The notes: generated by a model not told the origin, from the letters alone. A stretch of DNA of 64,000 nucleotides from Desulfobacteraceae bacterium (GCA_011390135.1 JAABSZ010000002.1:3039-67038), one strand, 5' to 3'; positions 37,743-49,261 are shown, counted from the stretch's first letter. Numbers and translations are program-made.

Positions 37743-38233
37743 CGGATCAGATCAAGGAGACGATCTATGAGGTGACGGAGGATGTGCTGGAACGGCTCGC
37801 ATTCATGTTCTCCTTCAGAGAAGAGGAGCGGGGGGATATGAACTATTCGGACGCAATGATTGCCAGCGTCACCTTTGGCGGCGACTTCGAGGGGCGCCTC
37901 TTTCTGGCGGTCTCCCCGGACATTCTGCCGGAACTGGCCGGCAATATGCTCGGCATCGATGAGGAGACCACCCAGGATCAGCAGCAGGATGCCTTGAAGG
38001 AGCTGATCAACGTGGTCTGCGGAAATCTTCTGCCACGGCTCTCCGGAAAGCGGATCGTCTTCAATGTCAATGCGCCCCAGATCGTCTCCCCGGATGAGAT
38101 CGAAGCAGAGAAACAAGAGGGGCCTCCCCTTTCCGTCACCCGGCTCTCTATTGAAGAGGGCACATGCGATCTGATATTCTTTACGGACGGCGAGATCCCT
38201 CAGGACGGGAAGGCTGCATCGGGCGGCGAGTAG
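37739..38233 (+). CDS. CheX/CheC-family CheY-P phosphatase-like protein
   Basis: Start chosen at MTDQIKETIYE (ATGA overlap with the cheY1 stop). Contains DALKELIN, i.e. D-x3-E-x2-N, with a Pro 22 residues after the Asn. The CheC/CheX/FliY active-site consensus is D/S-x3-E-x2-N-x22-P. Confidence 0.65.
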   Translation: MTDQIKETIYEVTEDVLERLAFMFSFREEERGDMNYSDAMIASVTFGGDFEGRLFLAVSPDILPELAGNMLGIDEETTQDQQQDALKELINVVCGNLLPRLSGKRIVFNVNAPQIVSPDEIEAEKQEGPPLSVTRLSIEEGTCDLIFFTDGEIPQDGKAASGGE

Positions 38234-38307
38234 ATCGATGGCCCGGGCCGGCGCCTGCCTGCAGGAAGGAGCGCTTCATCAATTTTCTGTCGGAGTAGAA
38301 GGGATCC

Positions 38308-38760
38308 ATGAAACATATTGTTTTAGTCGGAAATCTGAAGGTTGGAAAAGAGGGGGATACCATCGTAACCTATGCCCTGGGAACCAGTCTGGGGCTTGTG
38401 GCCTATGATCCTGTGGCAAAGATCGGCGGGATGCTGCACGCCATGCTGCCCCTGTCCAAATCCGACCCGAAAAAGGCGGAAGCCAACCCCTGCATCTTTG
38501 TGGATACGGGGGTTCCAAAGCTGCTGGAAGAGGTCTACAATCAGGGCGGCGAGAAAACGAGACTGATCGTCAAGGCTACCGGCTGCTCCCGGCCCGAAGG
38601 CGATAACGAGATGTTCAAGATCGGGGAGAAAAACTATGCGGTGCTCAAAAAGATTCTCTGGAAAAATAATATTCTTCTCGAATTCGAGGATGTCGGCGGC
38701 TCAACCAATCGAACAGTGCAATTCAATCTCTCCACAGGCGAGATCAAAATTACGAGCTGA
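38308..38760 (+). CDS. CheD paralog with catalytic Cys27 replaced by Ser (CheD2)
   Basis: 150 aa and a close paralog of CheD1. VTYALGTSLGLVAYDPVAKIGGMLHAMLP. Codon 38386..38388 is AGT (Ser) where CheD1 has TGT (Cys). Confidence 0.8.
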   Translation: MKHIVLVGNLKVGKEGDTIVTYALGTSLGLVAYDPVAKIGGMLHAMLPLSKSDPKKAEANPCIFVDTGVPKLLEEVYNQGGEKTRLIVKATGCSRPEGDNEMFKIGEKNYAVLKKILWKNNILLEFEDVGGSTNRTVQFNLSTGEIKITS

Positions 38761-38807
38761 TTTTTACCGATATCTTACAAATATGAAGGGTGATAAGAGG
38801 TTATTCG

Positions 38808-39182
38808 ATGGCAATCAATGTCCTTATTGTAGATGACAGTGCGGTAATGCGGGCGATGATCCTCAAGTCGATGCGCATGAGCGGTCTGGAGATCGGCGAG
38901 GTGCTTCAGGCCGGCAACGGCCAGGAAGGGCTTGATACCCTCGGCGAGAACTGGGTGGATCTGGTGGTGGTCGATATCAACATGCCGGTGATGACCGGCG
39001 AGGAGATGATCGACCGCATGCGCTCGGACCCGGGATTCTCCGATCTACCCATTGTGGTCATCTCCACCGAGGGAAGCGAATCCCGGCTGAAACGTCTGCA
39101 AGAAAAGGGCGCGGCATTCATACACAAACCCTTTACGCCCGAGGCGATCAGGGATACCATCAAGACGCTCATGAACCTGTAA
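38808..39182 (+). CDS. cheY: CheY-like single-domain response regulator (CheY2, paralog of CheY1)
   Basis: [21 protein letters not shown]...DLVVVDINMPVMTG...ISTEGSE...KPF. The upstream ATG at 38790 is less likely. Confidence 0.85.
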   Translation: MAINVLIVDDSAVMRAMILKSMRMSGLEIGEVLQAGNGQEGLDTLGENWVDLVVVDINMPVMTGEEMIDRMRSDPGFSDLPIVVISTEGSESRLKRLQEKGAAFIHKPFTPEAIRDTIKTLMNL

Positions 39183-39226
39183 CGGGGCCGAAGCGATCCG
39201 ATGAAAGAGACCATGAAAGAGATTAA

Positions 39227-40806
<1,580 letters not shown>

Positions 40807-40884
40807 CCCGAAGCCTGTCCTGGCTTATCTCATATGCCTTTTGGAACATAATAAGATCCATCTTTTTTCCGGCTATTTTCCTTT

Positions 40885-42564
40885 TTAAAAATCCTTGAAA
40901 TCATCATCATCCAGAGGGATGATCTCATTGGGGGAGACCTCCCTTCGGGCCGGTGCCGGCGCTCTCTTTTCAGCCTTCTGTTCCCTGGGTTTATAGGGCG
41001 GGGGAGCTGGTTTTGATTTCGAAGAACGCTTTTGCGCTCTCTGGGGCCGGGACCGCTCCGGCATCGGTGTTCGCTTCTGCTCCTTCTTGCCCACCAGGTG
41101 GGTCAGATCCTCCACAAAATCCTTCATCTTTTCGGCCTGGCCCCGCATCTGCTGGGATGCGGATGCGGACTGCTGAGCGTTGGCCGCATTCTTCTGGGTC
41201 ACTTTGTCCATCTCGGCCACGGAAGTATTGACCTGCTCGATGCCCTGGGCCTGTTCGTCTGATGCGGCCGCTATCTCGCCGATGAGGTCGCTGATCTTGT
41301 CGGAACTCTGGGTCACCTCGGCAAAGACCGAGTTGGTCTGTCCCACCAGCTCTCCGCCATCCTTGATCTTCTTCACCGTGATCTCGATGAGGCCGGCCGT
41401 GTTCCGGGCCGCGTCTCCTGCCCGCATGGCAAGATTCCTCACCTCGTCGGCCACCACCGCAAATCCGGCCCCGGCCTCCCCGGCCCGGGCCGCCTCCACC
41501 GCGGCGTTCAAGGCCAGCAGATTGGTCTGAAACGCTATCTCGTCGATGGTCTTGATGATCTTGAAGGTCTCCTCGCTCGATTTGACAATGTCGTCCATGG
41601 ATGCCGTCAACTGGTTCATGGAATCGTTGGCGCTCTGGATCGAGGTCTTTCCGGCCTTCATCAGGTGGTTGGCCTGCTTCGCGTTGTCCGCGTTCTGGCG
41701 GGTCATGGAGGACATCTCTTCCAGAGATGAGGAGGTCTGCTGAATGGCCCCGGCCTGCTCCGAGGCATCTTCGGCCAGAGACTGGCTTGCGGCCGCCACC
41801 TCCTGCGCACCTCCGATGATCTGCTCCGCGCTCTCGGTGAGCATCCGTATGCTTCGGCCCAGGGTGCCGCGGAGGCGGTTGACATAGATAACGAAAAGCC
41901 CTCCACCGATGACAAAGAGGATTCCGATGGCGATAAACATGACCTCAATTTCCTCGAGGCGTTCCGTATAAAGATCTTCCTTGCTGCCGCCGATCCCCAC
42001 CATCCAGTCCCAGGGCCCGAAGTAGGACTGGTAGGCCAAAAATGTTTCCACAGGCTTGCCCGGATTCTGCCAGACATCCTCGACGATCCTGTCGGCAATC
42101 TGCCGGTTTGCCCAGGTATCCTGAATCGTATATTTCCCTTGGGTCTGAACATTCCAGGCGTTTTTCCCCTCCAGAGAGGGATGCATCGCCAGGACACCCC
42201 GCTCGTCCCCCTGGGTTTTCACTGCCCAGGCAAAGGTCTTGCTGTTCATGGACATCCGACTTCCAGCTATATCCCGGACCCCGTTCTCTCGCATTGGACC
42301 CAGCACATAGGTCTTCACGGTCTCCTGCGCCTGCTCCAGGGTCAGATTTCCGGCCTTGACCTCTTCGTTCATGGCCTCCATGAAGCCGATCATATTGCTG
42401 TTGATGTTTTTGAACATGGTCCCGCCGAGATCGATGATCTCGGTCTTCGATTTCCAGTATGCGTAGTAGAAGGTGCAGACGAGAACAATGCACACCAGCA
42501 CCAGAATCGGTGTAAAGAACCGCAGTTTCATCCCTTTTGACTTACGCTCTTCCATAAGGTTCAT
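40885..42564 (-). CDS. Methyl-accepting chemotaxis protein with a Cache-like periplasmic domain and a long basic tail
   Basis: 559 aa. TM1 ~15-37. Periplasmic ~160 aa with Cache-like features ([25 protein letters not shown]). [41 protein letters not shown]. Confidence 0.9.
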   Translation of the reverse strand: MNLMEERKSKGMKLRFFTPILVLVCIVLVCTFYYAYWKSKTEIIDLGGTMFKNINSNMIGFMEAMNEEVKAGNLTLEQAQETVKTYVLGPMRENGVRDIAGSRMSMNSKTFAWAVKTQGDERGVLAMHPSLEGKNAWNVQTQGKYTIQDTWANRQIADRIVEDVWQNPGKPVETFLAYQSYFGPWDWMVGIGGSKEDLYTERLEEIEVMFIAIGILFVIGGGLFVIYVNRLRGTLGRSIRMLTESAEQIIGGAQEVAAASQSLAEDASEQAGAIQQTSSSLEEMSSMTRQNADNAKQANHLMKAGKTSIQSANDSMNQLTASMDDIVKSSEETFKIIKTIDEIAFQTNLLALNAAVEAARAGEAGAGFAVVADEVRNLAMRAGDAARNTAGLIEITVKKIKDGGELVGQTNSVFAEVTQSSDKISDLIGEIAAASDEQAQGIEQVNTSVAEMDKVTQKNAANAQQSASASQQMRGQAEKMKDFVEDLTHLVGKKEQKRTPMPERSRPQRAQKRSSKSKPAPPPYKPREQKAEKRAPAPARREVSPNEIIPLDDDDFKDF

Positions 42565-42572
42565 CGCTCCTG

Positions 42573-43085
42573 TCAGCTTGTGCTTTCCAGCAGGTTGATC
42601 TCTTCGGATTTGAGGATTCTGTCGATATCGAGCAGAATCTTCACGCCCCCCTCCATCTTGGCCATCCCAAGTATATAGTCAGTCTCGAGACGGCTGCCAA
42701 AGGCCGGGGAATCTTCGATATCATCGGCCTTGATGTTGAGTACCTCCGAGACCGTATCCACCACGATGCCGATCATGACATTTCCGCTCTCCCCCGGGAT
42801 TTCCACCACGATGATGCAGGTACGATCCGTATACTCCTCGGCCTCGAGGCCGAACCGGAGCCGCAGATCGATCACCGGGATCACCTTTCCCCGCAGGTTG
42901 ATCACCCCCTTGACAAACTGAGGGGTTCTGGGAACCGGCGTGATGGGCATCATACCTATGATCTCCTTGATCTTCAATATCCCGATGCCGTACTCCTCCC
43001 CGGCCAGGGTGAAGGTGAGATATTTCCCCTCCCGCTCTCCCATCGCCTTGATCGCCTGATCCATGGTCTCCGTCATTCGTTTCAT
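42573..43085 (-). CDS. cheW: Chemotaxis coupling protein CheW
   Basis: 170 aa. [22 protein letters not shown]...[22 protein letters not shown]. Confidence 0.9.
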   Translation of the reverse strand: MKRMTETMDQAIKAMGEREGKYLTFTLAGEEYGIGILKIKEIIGMMPITPVPRTPQFVKGVINLRGKVIPVIDLRLRFGLEAEEYTDRTCIIVVEIPGESGNVMIGIVVDTVSEVLNIKADDIEDSPAFGSRLETDYILGMAKMEGGVKILLDIDRILKSEEINLLESTS

Positions 43086-43160
43086 CTTCCGTTCCTCCTT
43101 GCCGTAATTCCCGAATCGTTATGTTGATCCTATTTTTGAATAAAATGAATTTTGCCGGCA

Positions 43161-43526
43161 CTATCCGAGTACTTTTCTGACCACCGCCAGAAGCTGTTCC
43201 GGCTTGAAAGGCTTGACGATCCAGCCGGTCGCCCCCGCGGCCTTTCCCTCCTGCTTTTTCTGCTGCTGGGATTCGGTGGTCAGCATGACAATGGGGACGA
43301 ATCGATACGCCTGCATGGCGCGAACCTTTCGGATCAGCTCGATGCCGTCCATTTCCGGCATATTGAGATCGGTGAGGAGCATATTTACAGATGTTTTCTC
43401 CAGCTTGTTCAACGCCTCCTGGCCGTCCCCAGCCTCGACGACATCATAGCCCGCCCCGGTAAGGGTGAAACGGACCATCTGCCGGACACTCGCGGAATCG
43501 TCTACGGTCATGATGACTTTTGCCAT
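43161..43526 (-). CDS. cheY: CheY response regulator (CheY3)
   Basis: 121 aa. VIMTVDDSASVRQ...MLLTDLNMPEMDG...LTTES...KPF. Confidence 0.85.
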   Translation of the reverse strand: MAKVIMTVDDSASVRQMVRFTLTGAGYDVVEAGDGQEALNKLEKTSVNMLLTDLNMPEMDGIELIRKVRAMQAYRFVPIVMLTTESQQQKKQEGKAAGATGWIVKPFKPEQLLAVVRKVLG

Positions 43527-43541
43527 GCATCTGCCTCTTTT

Positions 43542-45365
43542 CTAAAATAGTTCCACATTGTCCCCGAACCCCTCTTTCTCCTCATTATCCGGCTTCTGAC
43601 CCGGTTTGTGACCCGGCGGCTGCAAATCATCCTGAGGATCGGGGAGAGCCCGCGTCGAATGGCCGCCCACAAGACGCTCGTGTACTCCCCGTTCCTGATT
43701 CATGGTATACCGATCTGCCAGTTTCCGGGTTTCTTCCGAGGAGATGTTGAAATTCGCCTTTGGCTTCCGTTTTCCGATGATCTTTTTCAACTTCTCCAGC
43801 CGATCGATCTCCCCGAGCATTTCATGGGAGAGCGATTTAAGGAAAGCGAGTCCGGAGAGGACATCTTCAATGGTGGACTTCAGCACCTGGGCCCGGTGCA
43901 GTGTTTCATCGGAATTTCGGATAAATCGATCATAAATATCTGTCAATTGGAAAAGTCCTCTCTCCGACACGCCGGCCTCCTGCTCCGCTTCGGCTTGGCC
44001 CACATCCGCAGTCATCTTCCCGGCCAGTTCCGAGACCTCGTTGAGAATATCTTTCACCGTATCCACAAAGCGGCCCGTCTGTTGGGAGATGTGTGTCACC
44101 TCCTGGGCCAGTATTTCCAGGGTGCGGCCTGTCTCTCCGAGATGGGCCGCCTTGATGATGGCATTCAAGGAGAGAAAGTGGGTCTGAAAGCCGATATTCT
44201 CCACCTGTTCCATATGGCCGGTGAGGCGCCGGTTGATTTCGGCCGCGGCCAGCGCGGTGCTTCGGACCCGTTCCGTTGCGGATCGGGCCTGATGCCGAAG
44301 TTCCTTTAAATTCTTCAGATCTCTTTGAAGGGCCTCAAAGGGTTTCTGGTTTTGATCGTTGCTCAATTCCGAAAGGCTCTGGGTAAGTCCGTCGATCTCA
44401 TGGTGGATGGCGTTGAAGGCCTGTTGGGTCCTCTGATAGACCCCGTCGATCTCCTCCCGGGTCTGCCCGATCTGCCCCTGCTGCAGTTCAATGATGGCCA
44501 GAACCGTTGCATATCGGCCCTTGCCCATTCTGCAGAGGGCTTCCACATCTTCCAGGGCATGGAGAATATGTTCCACCCGCTGATTCATGCTGTCATGGAG
44601 CTGCATGCCCACCACCACCTCGCCCACCTGCCGGCGGATCTCCCGTCCGTGGGTATTGGCCTGCTCCATAGCGGATATGGACCAGGCGATCAGTTTGCGC
44701 GCGTCCTGGGCAGAGGTCTCAACGGTCTGCTGACCCTCTCGGGTCAGCCCTTTGATGCGGCCGGCCTCCTCTGTCACCTCCTGAAAGATCTCCTCCTGCT
44801 CCCGCCCTGTTTTTCGGGCATCCTCCCGAATCTGCTTTGTCAGCCGGGAGATCTCCTGGGAAAGATGGCCGATCTGCTGGGAGACCACGCCAAAAAGGGC
44901 TTCTGAGGATTCAGAGCCTGCGCTCTCCACCCGAATCCCGAAACCGATTCCCTTTAACGAGACCGAGATCTTCTCTACGGTCTTACAGGAGTGCTGAAGC
45001 CGGCTCAGGTCATCGATCAGAAGAGAGATCTGCTCCAGCCGGAGGCTCACCTCGTGATGACGGCTGTCGAGGTCGCAAAGCGCCACCTTGACCATTTCGT
45101 TCATTCGATCCAGAAGGCTCTCCCCTCCATCGCTGCTGATGGAGCCGATCGTTTCCAGGATCTTCCCGGCAATGGCGCCGCCCTCGTTAGATACCGATTC
45201 CAGTGCATTCCCGATATCCATAAAGGGGGATTCGGAATCCCGGCAGATCCGCTGCAGAGATTTTCGGCAGCAAAGGATCTCTTCGGCAACCTTTCTGCAG
45301 TCCCTCTGGAAGGGGTTTGACAATAGACGATTCGAAATTGCTGCCATGATCTCTTTTATGCGCAT
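43542..45365 (-). CDS. Soluble (no TM) MCP-like coiled-coil protein with a divergent chemoreceptor tip motif
   Basis: Start chosen at MRIKEIMAAIS (TGATG overlap with the upstream HD-GYP stop). ENIGFQTHFLSLNAIIKAAHLGETGRTLEILAQEV resembles the canonical [33 protein letters not shown]. I see no hydrophobic TM segment. Confidence 0.65.
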   Translation of the reverse strand: MRIKEIMAAISNRLLSNPFQRDCRKVAEEILCCRKSLQRICRDSESPFMDIGNALESVSNEGGAIAGKILETIGSISSDGGESLLDRMNEMVKVALCDLDSRHHEVSLRLEQISLLIDDLSRLQHSCKTVEKISVSLKGIGFGIRVESAGSESSEALFGVVSQQIGHLSQEISRLTKQIREDARKTGREQEEIFQEVTEEAGRIKGLTREGQQTVETSAQDARKLIAWSISAMEQANTHGREIRRQVGEVVVGMQLHDSMNQRVEHILHALEDVEALCRMGKGRYATVLAIIELQQGQIGQTREEIDGVYQRTQQAFNAIHHEIDGLTQSLSELSNDQNQKPFEALQRDLKNLKELRHQARSATERVRSTALAAAEINRRLTGHMEQVENIGFQTHFLSLNAIIKAAHLGETGRTLEILAQEVTHISQQTGRFVDTVKDILNEVSELAGKMTADVGQAEAEQEAGVSERGLFQLTDIYDRFIRNSDETLHRAQVLKSTIEDVLSGLAFLKSLSHEMLGEIDRLEKLKKIIGKRKPKANFNISSEETRKLADRYTMNQERGVHERLVGGHSTRALPDPQDDLQPPGHKPGQKPDNEEKEGFGDNVELF

Positions 45366-46498
45366 CAGCAGAAGGACAGTACCCCCCCCTCCCGTTCGCT
45401 CCATTGGAACGGTTTGTTGTTTTTGATCGGACAGGACGGATTCATCTTCTGCAGGATACAGATCACTTTTTCCTGATCACTGAAAAAGGCGTCCACCACC
45501 GCAGGATCAAACTGCTTCCCGCGGCTCTGCCGGATAATGTCAAAGGCGACCTCGGCAGGGTAGGGCTCCTTGTAGGGGCGGGCCGAGGTGAGGGCATCAA
45601 AGACATCCGCGATCCCCACGATCCGTCCGGTGATGGGAATCTCCTCCTTTGCAAGCCCCCGGGGATATCCCCTGCCGTCCCACCGTTCATGGTGGGAGCC
45701 TGCGATCTGGTGGGCATACTGGAGGATCTCCGCACTCGAGTCGGCCAGAATGTTTTCACCGATGGTGGTATGGCTTTTGATGACTTCAAACTCCTCGGCC
45801 GTCAACCTTCCCGGTTTTAGCAGGATCTTGTCCGGAATGCCGATCTTTCCCACATCGTGCATGGGAGAGGCATACCGGATGTTTTCGATCCTGTTTTGGG
45901 GCAGCTCCAGATTCATCGCGATCAACTCGCAGTAGCTGCTGATCCTGCTGATATGCTCGCCGGTCTCCTCATCTTTGTATTCCGCGGCAATGGCCAGCCG
46001 TTTAATGGTATCGAGATACGCGTCATGTACCGCCTCATGGGCATCCTGCAGCTCGGACATGCTTTCCAGAAGCTGTCGATGGATCCGCATCCGTTCCACA
46101 AGAAGATTCCGCTCCTTGAGCACCCGTTTGAGACGCACCATCAGTTCCTTGTTCCGGAAGGGTTTACCGATGAAATCGCTGGCCCCGAGCTGGATGATCT
46201 TCTCATAGGTGAAGTCCTCGATAAAACCTGTCATGACGATCACATCGGCCTCATGCTTCTCCTTGACCTCCCTGAGCAGTTCGATGCCGCTGATACCGGG
46301 CATTTTAATGTCTGTGACCACCACATCCACCCTCTCCTTTTTCAGAATTTCCAGAGCACGGGTTCCGTTCTCCGCGATGGAGCAATTATATCCGGCATAC
46401 CCGATGGCCTCCTGAAGCATCTCCCGGATCACCTCTTCGTCATCCACCACCAGGATATAGATTTCCTCCGGTATCAGTTCCGGCGCGGGATCGATCAT
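45365..46498 (-). CDS. Response regulator with HD-GYP domain (putative c-di-GMP phosphodiesterase)
   Basis: Start chosen at MIDPAPELIPEEIYILVVDDEE (AGGAGAG RBS upstream). REC DVVVTDIKMPGISG...KPF. HD-GYP motifs MHDVGKIGIPD, HHERWDGRGYPRGL. Confidence 0.85.
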   Translation of the reverse strand: MIDPAPELIPEEIYILVVDDEEVIREMLQEAIGYAGYNCSIAENGTRALEILKKERVDVVVTDIKMPGISGIELLREVKEKHEADVIVMTGFIEDFTYEKIIQLGASDFIGKPFRNKELMVRLKRVLKERNLLVERMRIHRQLLESMSELQDAHEAVHDAYLDTIKRLAIAAEYKDEETGEHISRISSYCELIAMNLELPQNRIENIRYASPMHDVGKIGIPDKILLKPGRLTAEEFEVIKSHTTIGENILADSSAEILQYAHQIAGSHHERWDGRGYPRGLAKEEIPITGRIVGIADVFDALTSARPYKEPYPAEVAFDIIRQSRGKQFDPAVVDAFFSDQEKVICILQKMNPSCPIKNNKPFQWSEREGGVLSFC

Positions 46499-46760
46499 AA
46501 ACTTCTCTCCTGTAGGGTGCTCCTTTAGGATCTTTTTTTTTGACCCTTGAAAGGATCTATATCGTTTTGCAAAACAACTTTCAACGGCTTTCCATTCCCC
46601 AAGTTTGGATTCCACCAAATGGAGAATAGTCAATTGTCAAATAAAATTCAACCCATTCTTCGATTCCTTTTCCCGTTGACAGGGATTGCATAACTTGATA
46701 AATCCAATTCATCTGCTGTATGGATTTTACCATAAAAAAGAAAGGAGGTGAAATCAAGAG

Positions 46761-47243
46761 ATGAAAAGGAAAATGCTGCTGTTTACCGCGGCCATCGTCG
46801 GCATTGCCTTTTTGTGCGCGGCCGGGATCTATGCCGGGACAACCGTTCCCGACGTGGTCAAGATGCAGAACAAGGCCTATGAGAAGCATGACAAGGGCAT
46901 TGTGGAGTTCACCCACAAAAAACATGTCGAGGATTATGCCAAGGCCAATCCCGAACTCTACAAAAACGGGTGCGGCGCATGCCATCACGACGCGGAGGGC
47001 AAACCCCTGACCGGCCTGAAGATGGGCGAGAATGTGCAAAACTGCATCGAATGCCATAAAAAGCCGGGGGAGAAACCCAAGGGCAAGGATGCGCCGAAAC
47101 TATCCGACAAGGAGGCCAGGGAGTATCACGCGGAGGCGCTTCACGACAACTGCCGGGACTGCCATAAGGATTTCAATAAGAAGAACAACACGAAAGCCGC
47201 TCCGACAACCTGCTCCAAGTGTCATCCCAAGGAGAAGAAGTAG
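46761..47243 (+). CDS. Periplasmic tetraheme cytochrome c3 (class III)
   Basis: 160 aa with a signal peptide. Four CxxCH motifs (CGACHH, CIECHK, CRDCHK, CSKCHP) plus VEFTHKKH distal-His pattern. Strong RBS AAAGGAGGTG at 46741..46750. Confidence 0.85.
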   Translation: MKRKMLLFTAAIVGIAFLCAAGIYAGTTVPDVVKMQNKAYEKHDKGIVEFTHKKHVEDYAKANPELYKNGCGACHHDAEGKPLTGLKMGENVQNCIECHKKPGEKPKGKDAPKLSDKEAREYHAEALHDNCRDCHKDFNKKNNTKAAPTTCSKCHPKEKK

Positions 47244-47319
47244 GGATCATTCCGGTTCGGGAGCTGCTGCTGGGTTTCACAGCACAGGAATAATCCTGAC
47301 AGCCTGCGGATGATCCGCT

Positions 47320-47368
47320 AAAAAAGACAGGGCGTGCCGATGATGATTTCGGTATGCCCTGTCTTTTA
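47320..47368. terminator. Bidirectional rho-independent terminator between cytochrome c3 and dsrN (convergent genes)
   Basis: AAAAAA, then GACAGGGC(gtgccga..tcggtat)GCCCTGTC, then TTTT. An 8-bp outer stem with extra inner pairing, flanked by an A-tract and a T-tract. Confidence 0.65.
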
Positions 47369-47402
47369 TTGAAGATGATCCTTTTCGATGCGCGGGTTTC
47401 GG

Positions 47403-48953
47403 CTATATTATTCCGGATCGGTATTTTTGTGCGAGACAGACCAGCGCAGGCCCCCATTCCGGAACCCCGAGCGCGTGGATATGTGTGTAGGTGGCCAGCA
47501 CATTCCGATGGACCGCGCCGTCCCGCCCCTCATGGAGTCCAACGCCCCGATCCACCGAAAAGACGAGATCCGATTTCCCCCCCCGCCATTCAATCACCCG
47601 GGAATAGTGGAACTCGTGGCCCCGAATCTTCGTCCCCACGCTGAAGTACGGGTTTTCCCCCGAGACCGTAATTACCGTATAGCCGTGCCCCTGGGGCCTC
47701 CGGGTCACATCGAAGACTGCCGGCAGAATCCCGGTCATGGGAAAGGTCCCCTCTGCCAGCCGGAGTTCCTCCCCGAGATACATGAGCCCCCCGCACTCCG
47801 CATAGATCGGAAGGCCATCTTCCACGCGATCCTTTAAGTCGGCCTTGAAGCCAAGGTTCTCCGCAAGCTGCTCCCCGTGGGTCTCGGGAAAGCCGCCGCC
47901 GATGTAGAGGCCGTCGAGCCGGGGAAGACCCTTCTCCGCAAGAGGACTGATAAAGAGAACTTCCGCGCCGGCCCGCTTCAGCGCGTCGATATTTTCCGGA
48001 TAATAGAATTGAAAGGCCGAATCCCGGATCACCCCGATGCGGATATTTCCGGATTTCAAAGGGATATCTTGCGAGATACGGTCAGTTGCAGTCAGTCCCT
48101 GCGGATGGCTTTGGATCTCTTCCTCAATTTCCAGGACCCCTCCTGTCTTCTGGGTCCCTCCTGTCCTTTGAGTCTCTTCCGTCCTTTGGGCTCCTCTTGT
48201 CCTTTGAGTCCCTTCTGTCTTTTTGGTCATTTCAGCCCTCTCCCCTTCCAACTCCCGGGCAATCCGAAGAACCGCCTCCAAGTCGATATAATCCTCAGCC
48301 GCCGCGGCCGCCGCTTCAATGGATGCGTCCGCCCCCGCATGTTCAGGCGTAGGAATCAGCCCCATATGCCGCTCCGGAAAGCTCTCCCGCTTCAGCTTGG
48401 GCAGGGCCCCCACCACCGGAACCCCGCAGTGGCTTTCGATATTCTGCCGTAGGACATTCTCATGGCGCGCGCCCGCAACCCGGTTGAGAATGACCCCCCT
48501 GATCCGGACCTCCCGGTCGAATCCGACGCAGCCCTGAACGATCGCGGCCATGGTGCGGGTCGATTTGGTGCAGTCTAAACAGAGCAGAACCGGCGCGCCC
48601 AGAAGCTTTGCCAGCTCGGCCGTGCTGGTCAGCCCCTCGGTGTCGATGCCGTCATAGAGGCCCCGGTTGCCTTCGATGAGTGCGATGTCGTGGTCAGTGG
48701 TATGGGAATGAAAGGAGTGGCGGATGACTTCCGGGAGGAGAAGAAAGGTGTCCAGATTATAACAGGCCCGGTCGGCCGCTTTTGCCAGCCATCCCGCGTC
48801 GATATAATCCGGACCCTTTTTGAAGACGGCGATCTTCTTTCCGAGCCTCTTGAGTGCGGCAACAATGCCAAGGGTTATGACCGTCTTGCCGGAGCCCCCC
48901 CGCAGTGCGGAGATGACGATCCGGGGGATGGCGGCCTTCTGCGGATCATGCAC
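47403..48953 (-). CDS. dsrN: Cobyrinate a,c-diamide synthase homolog, DsrN-type by context (siroheme amidase), with an internal repeat insertion
   Basis: 516 aa. P-loop ALRGGSGKTVITLG. C-terminal GATase domain (IGVIRDSAFQFYY...YAECGGLMYL...GHEFHYS). Position directly downstream of dsrABD. Confidence 0.8.
   Translation of the reverse strand: MHDPQKAAIPRIVISALRGGSGKTVITLGIVAALKRLGKKIAVFKKGPDYIDAGWLAKAADRACYNLDTFLLLPEVIRHSFHSHTTDHDIALIEGNRGLYDGIDTEGLTSTAELAKLLGAPVLLCLDCTKSTRTMAAIVQGCVGFDREVRIRGVILNRVAGARHENVLRQNIESHCGVPVVGALPKLKRESFPERHMGLIPTPEHAGADASIEAAAAAAEDYIDLEAVLRIARELEGERAEMTKKTEGTQRTRGAQRTEETQRTGGTQKTGGVLEIEEEIQSHPQGLTATDRISQDIPLKSGNIRIGVIRDSAFQFYYPENIDALKRAGAEVLFISPLAEKGLPRLDGLYIGGGFPETHGEQLAENLGFKADLKDRVEDGLPIYAECGGLMYLGEELRLAEGTFPMTGILPAVFDVTRRPQGHGYTVITVSGENPYFSVGTKIRGHEFHYSRVIEWRGGKSDLVFSVDRGVGLHEGRDGAVHRNVLATYTHIHALGVPEWGPALVCLAQKYRSGII
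48138..48218 (-). repeat. In-frame 18-nt tandem repeat (~4.5 copies) inside dsrN, encoding TEGTQR TRGAQR TEETQR TGGTQK TGG
   Basis: The periodicity is visible in both protein and DNA (cctcctgtcttctgggtc / cctcctgtcctttgagtc / tcttccgtcctttgggct ...). It lies between the ATPase and glutaminase domains. Confidence 0.8.
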
Positions 48954-49021
48954 GAGCGTTTCCCGCGTCTATTGCAATGAGGCTGTCAAAAAAAGATGCG
49001 AAATTCAATCTGCTGAAAAGA

Positions 49022-49261
49022 TTAGTCTTCGTGCTCCGTGTGCGCCTGCTTACCGGTGCCCTTGAGGCCGTACATGGAGGTGGAACCGGATGACCAGTAC
49101 TCCAGGGTTCCGTCTTCCACCATCTTGTTGATGAGCTTTTTGGCATCTCTGGGTTTGGTTTCGATGATCTTTGCCAGGTCAGAGAAGTAGAACTTTGATT
49201 TTGACTTCTGCTTTTTGGTCAGCTCATCGAAAATCCTCTGTCTTGCTTCTTCGTATTCCAT
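49022..49261 (-). CDS. dsrD: DsrD (small winged-helix protein of the dissimilatory sulfite reductase operon)
   Basis: 79 aa. KSKFYFSDLAKI...AKKLINKMVEDGTLEYWSSGSTSMYGLKG. Sits immediately downstream of dsrB. Confidence 0.85.
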   Translation of the reverse strand: MEYEEARQRIFDELTKKQKSKSKFYFSDLAKIIETKPRDAKKLINKMVEDGTLEYWSSGSTSMYGLKGTGKQAHTEHED

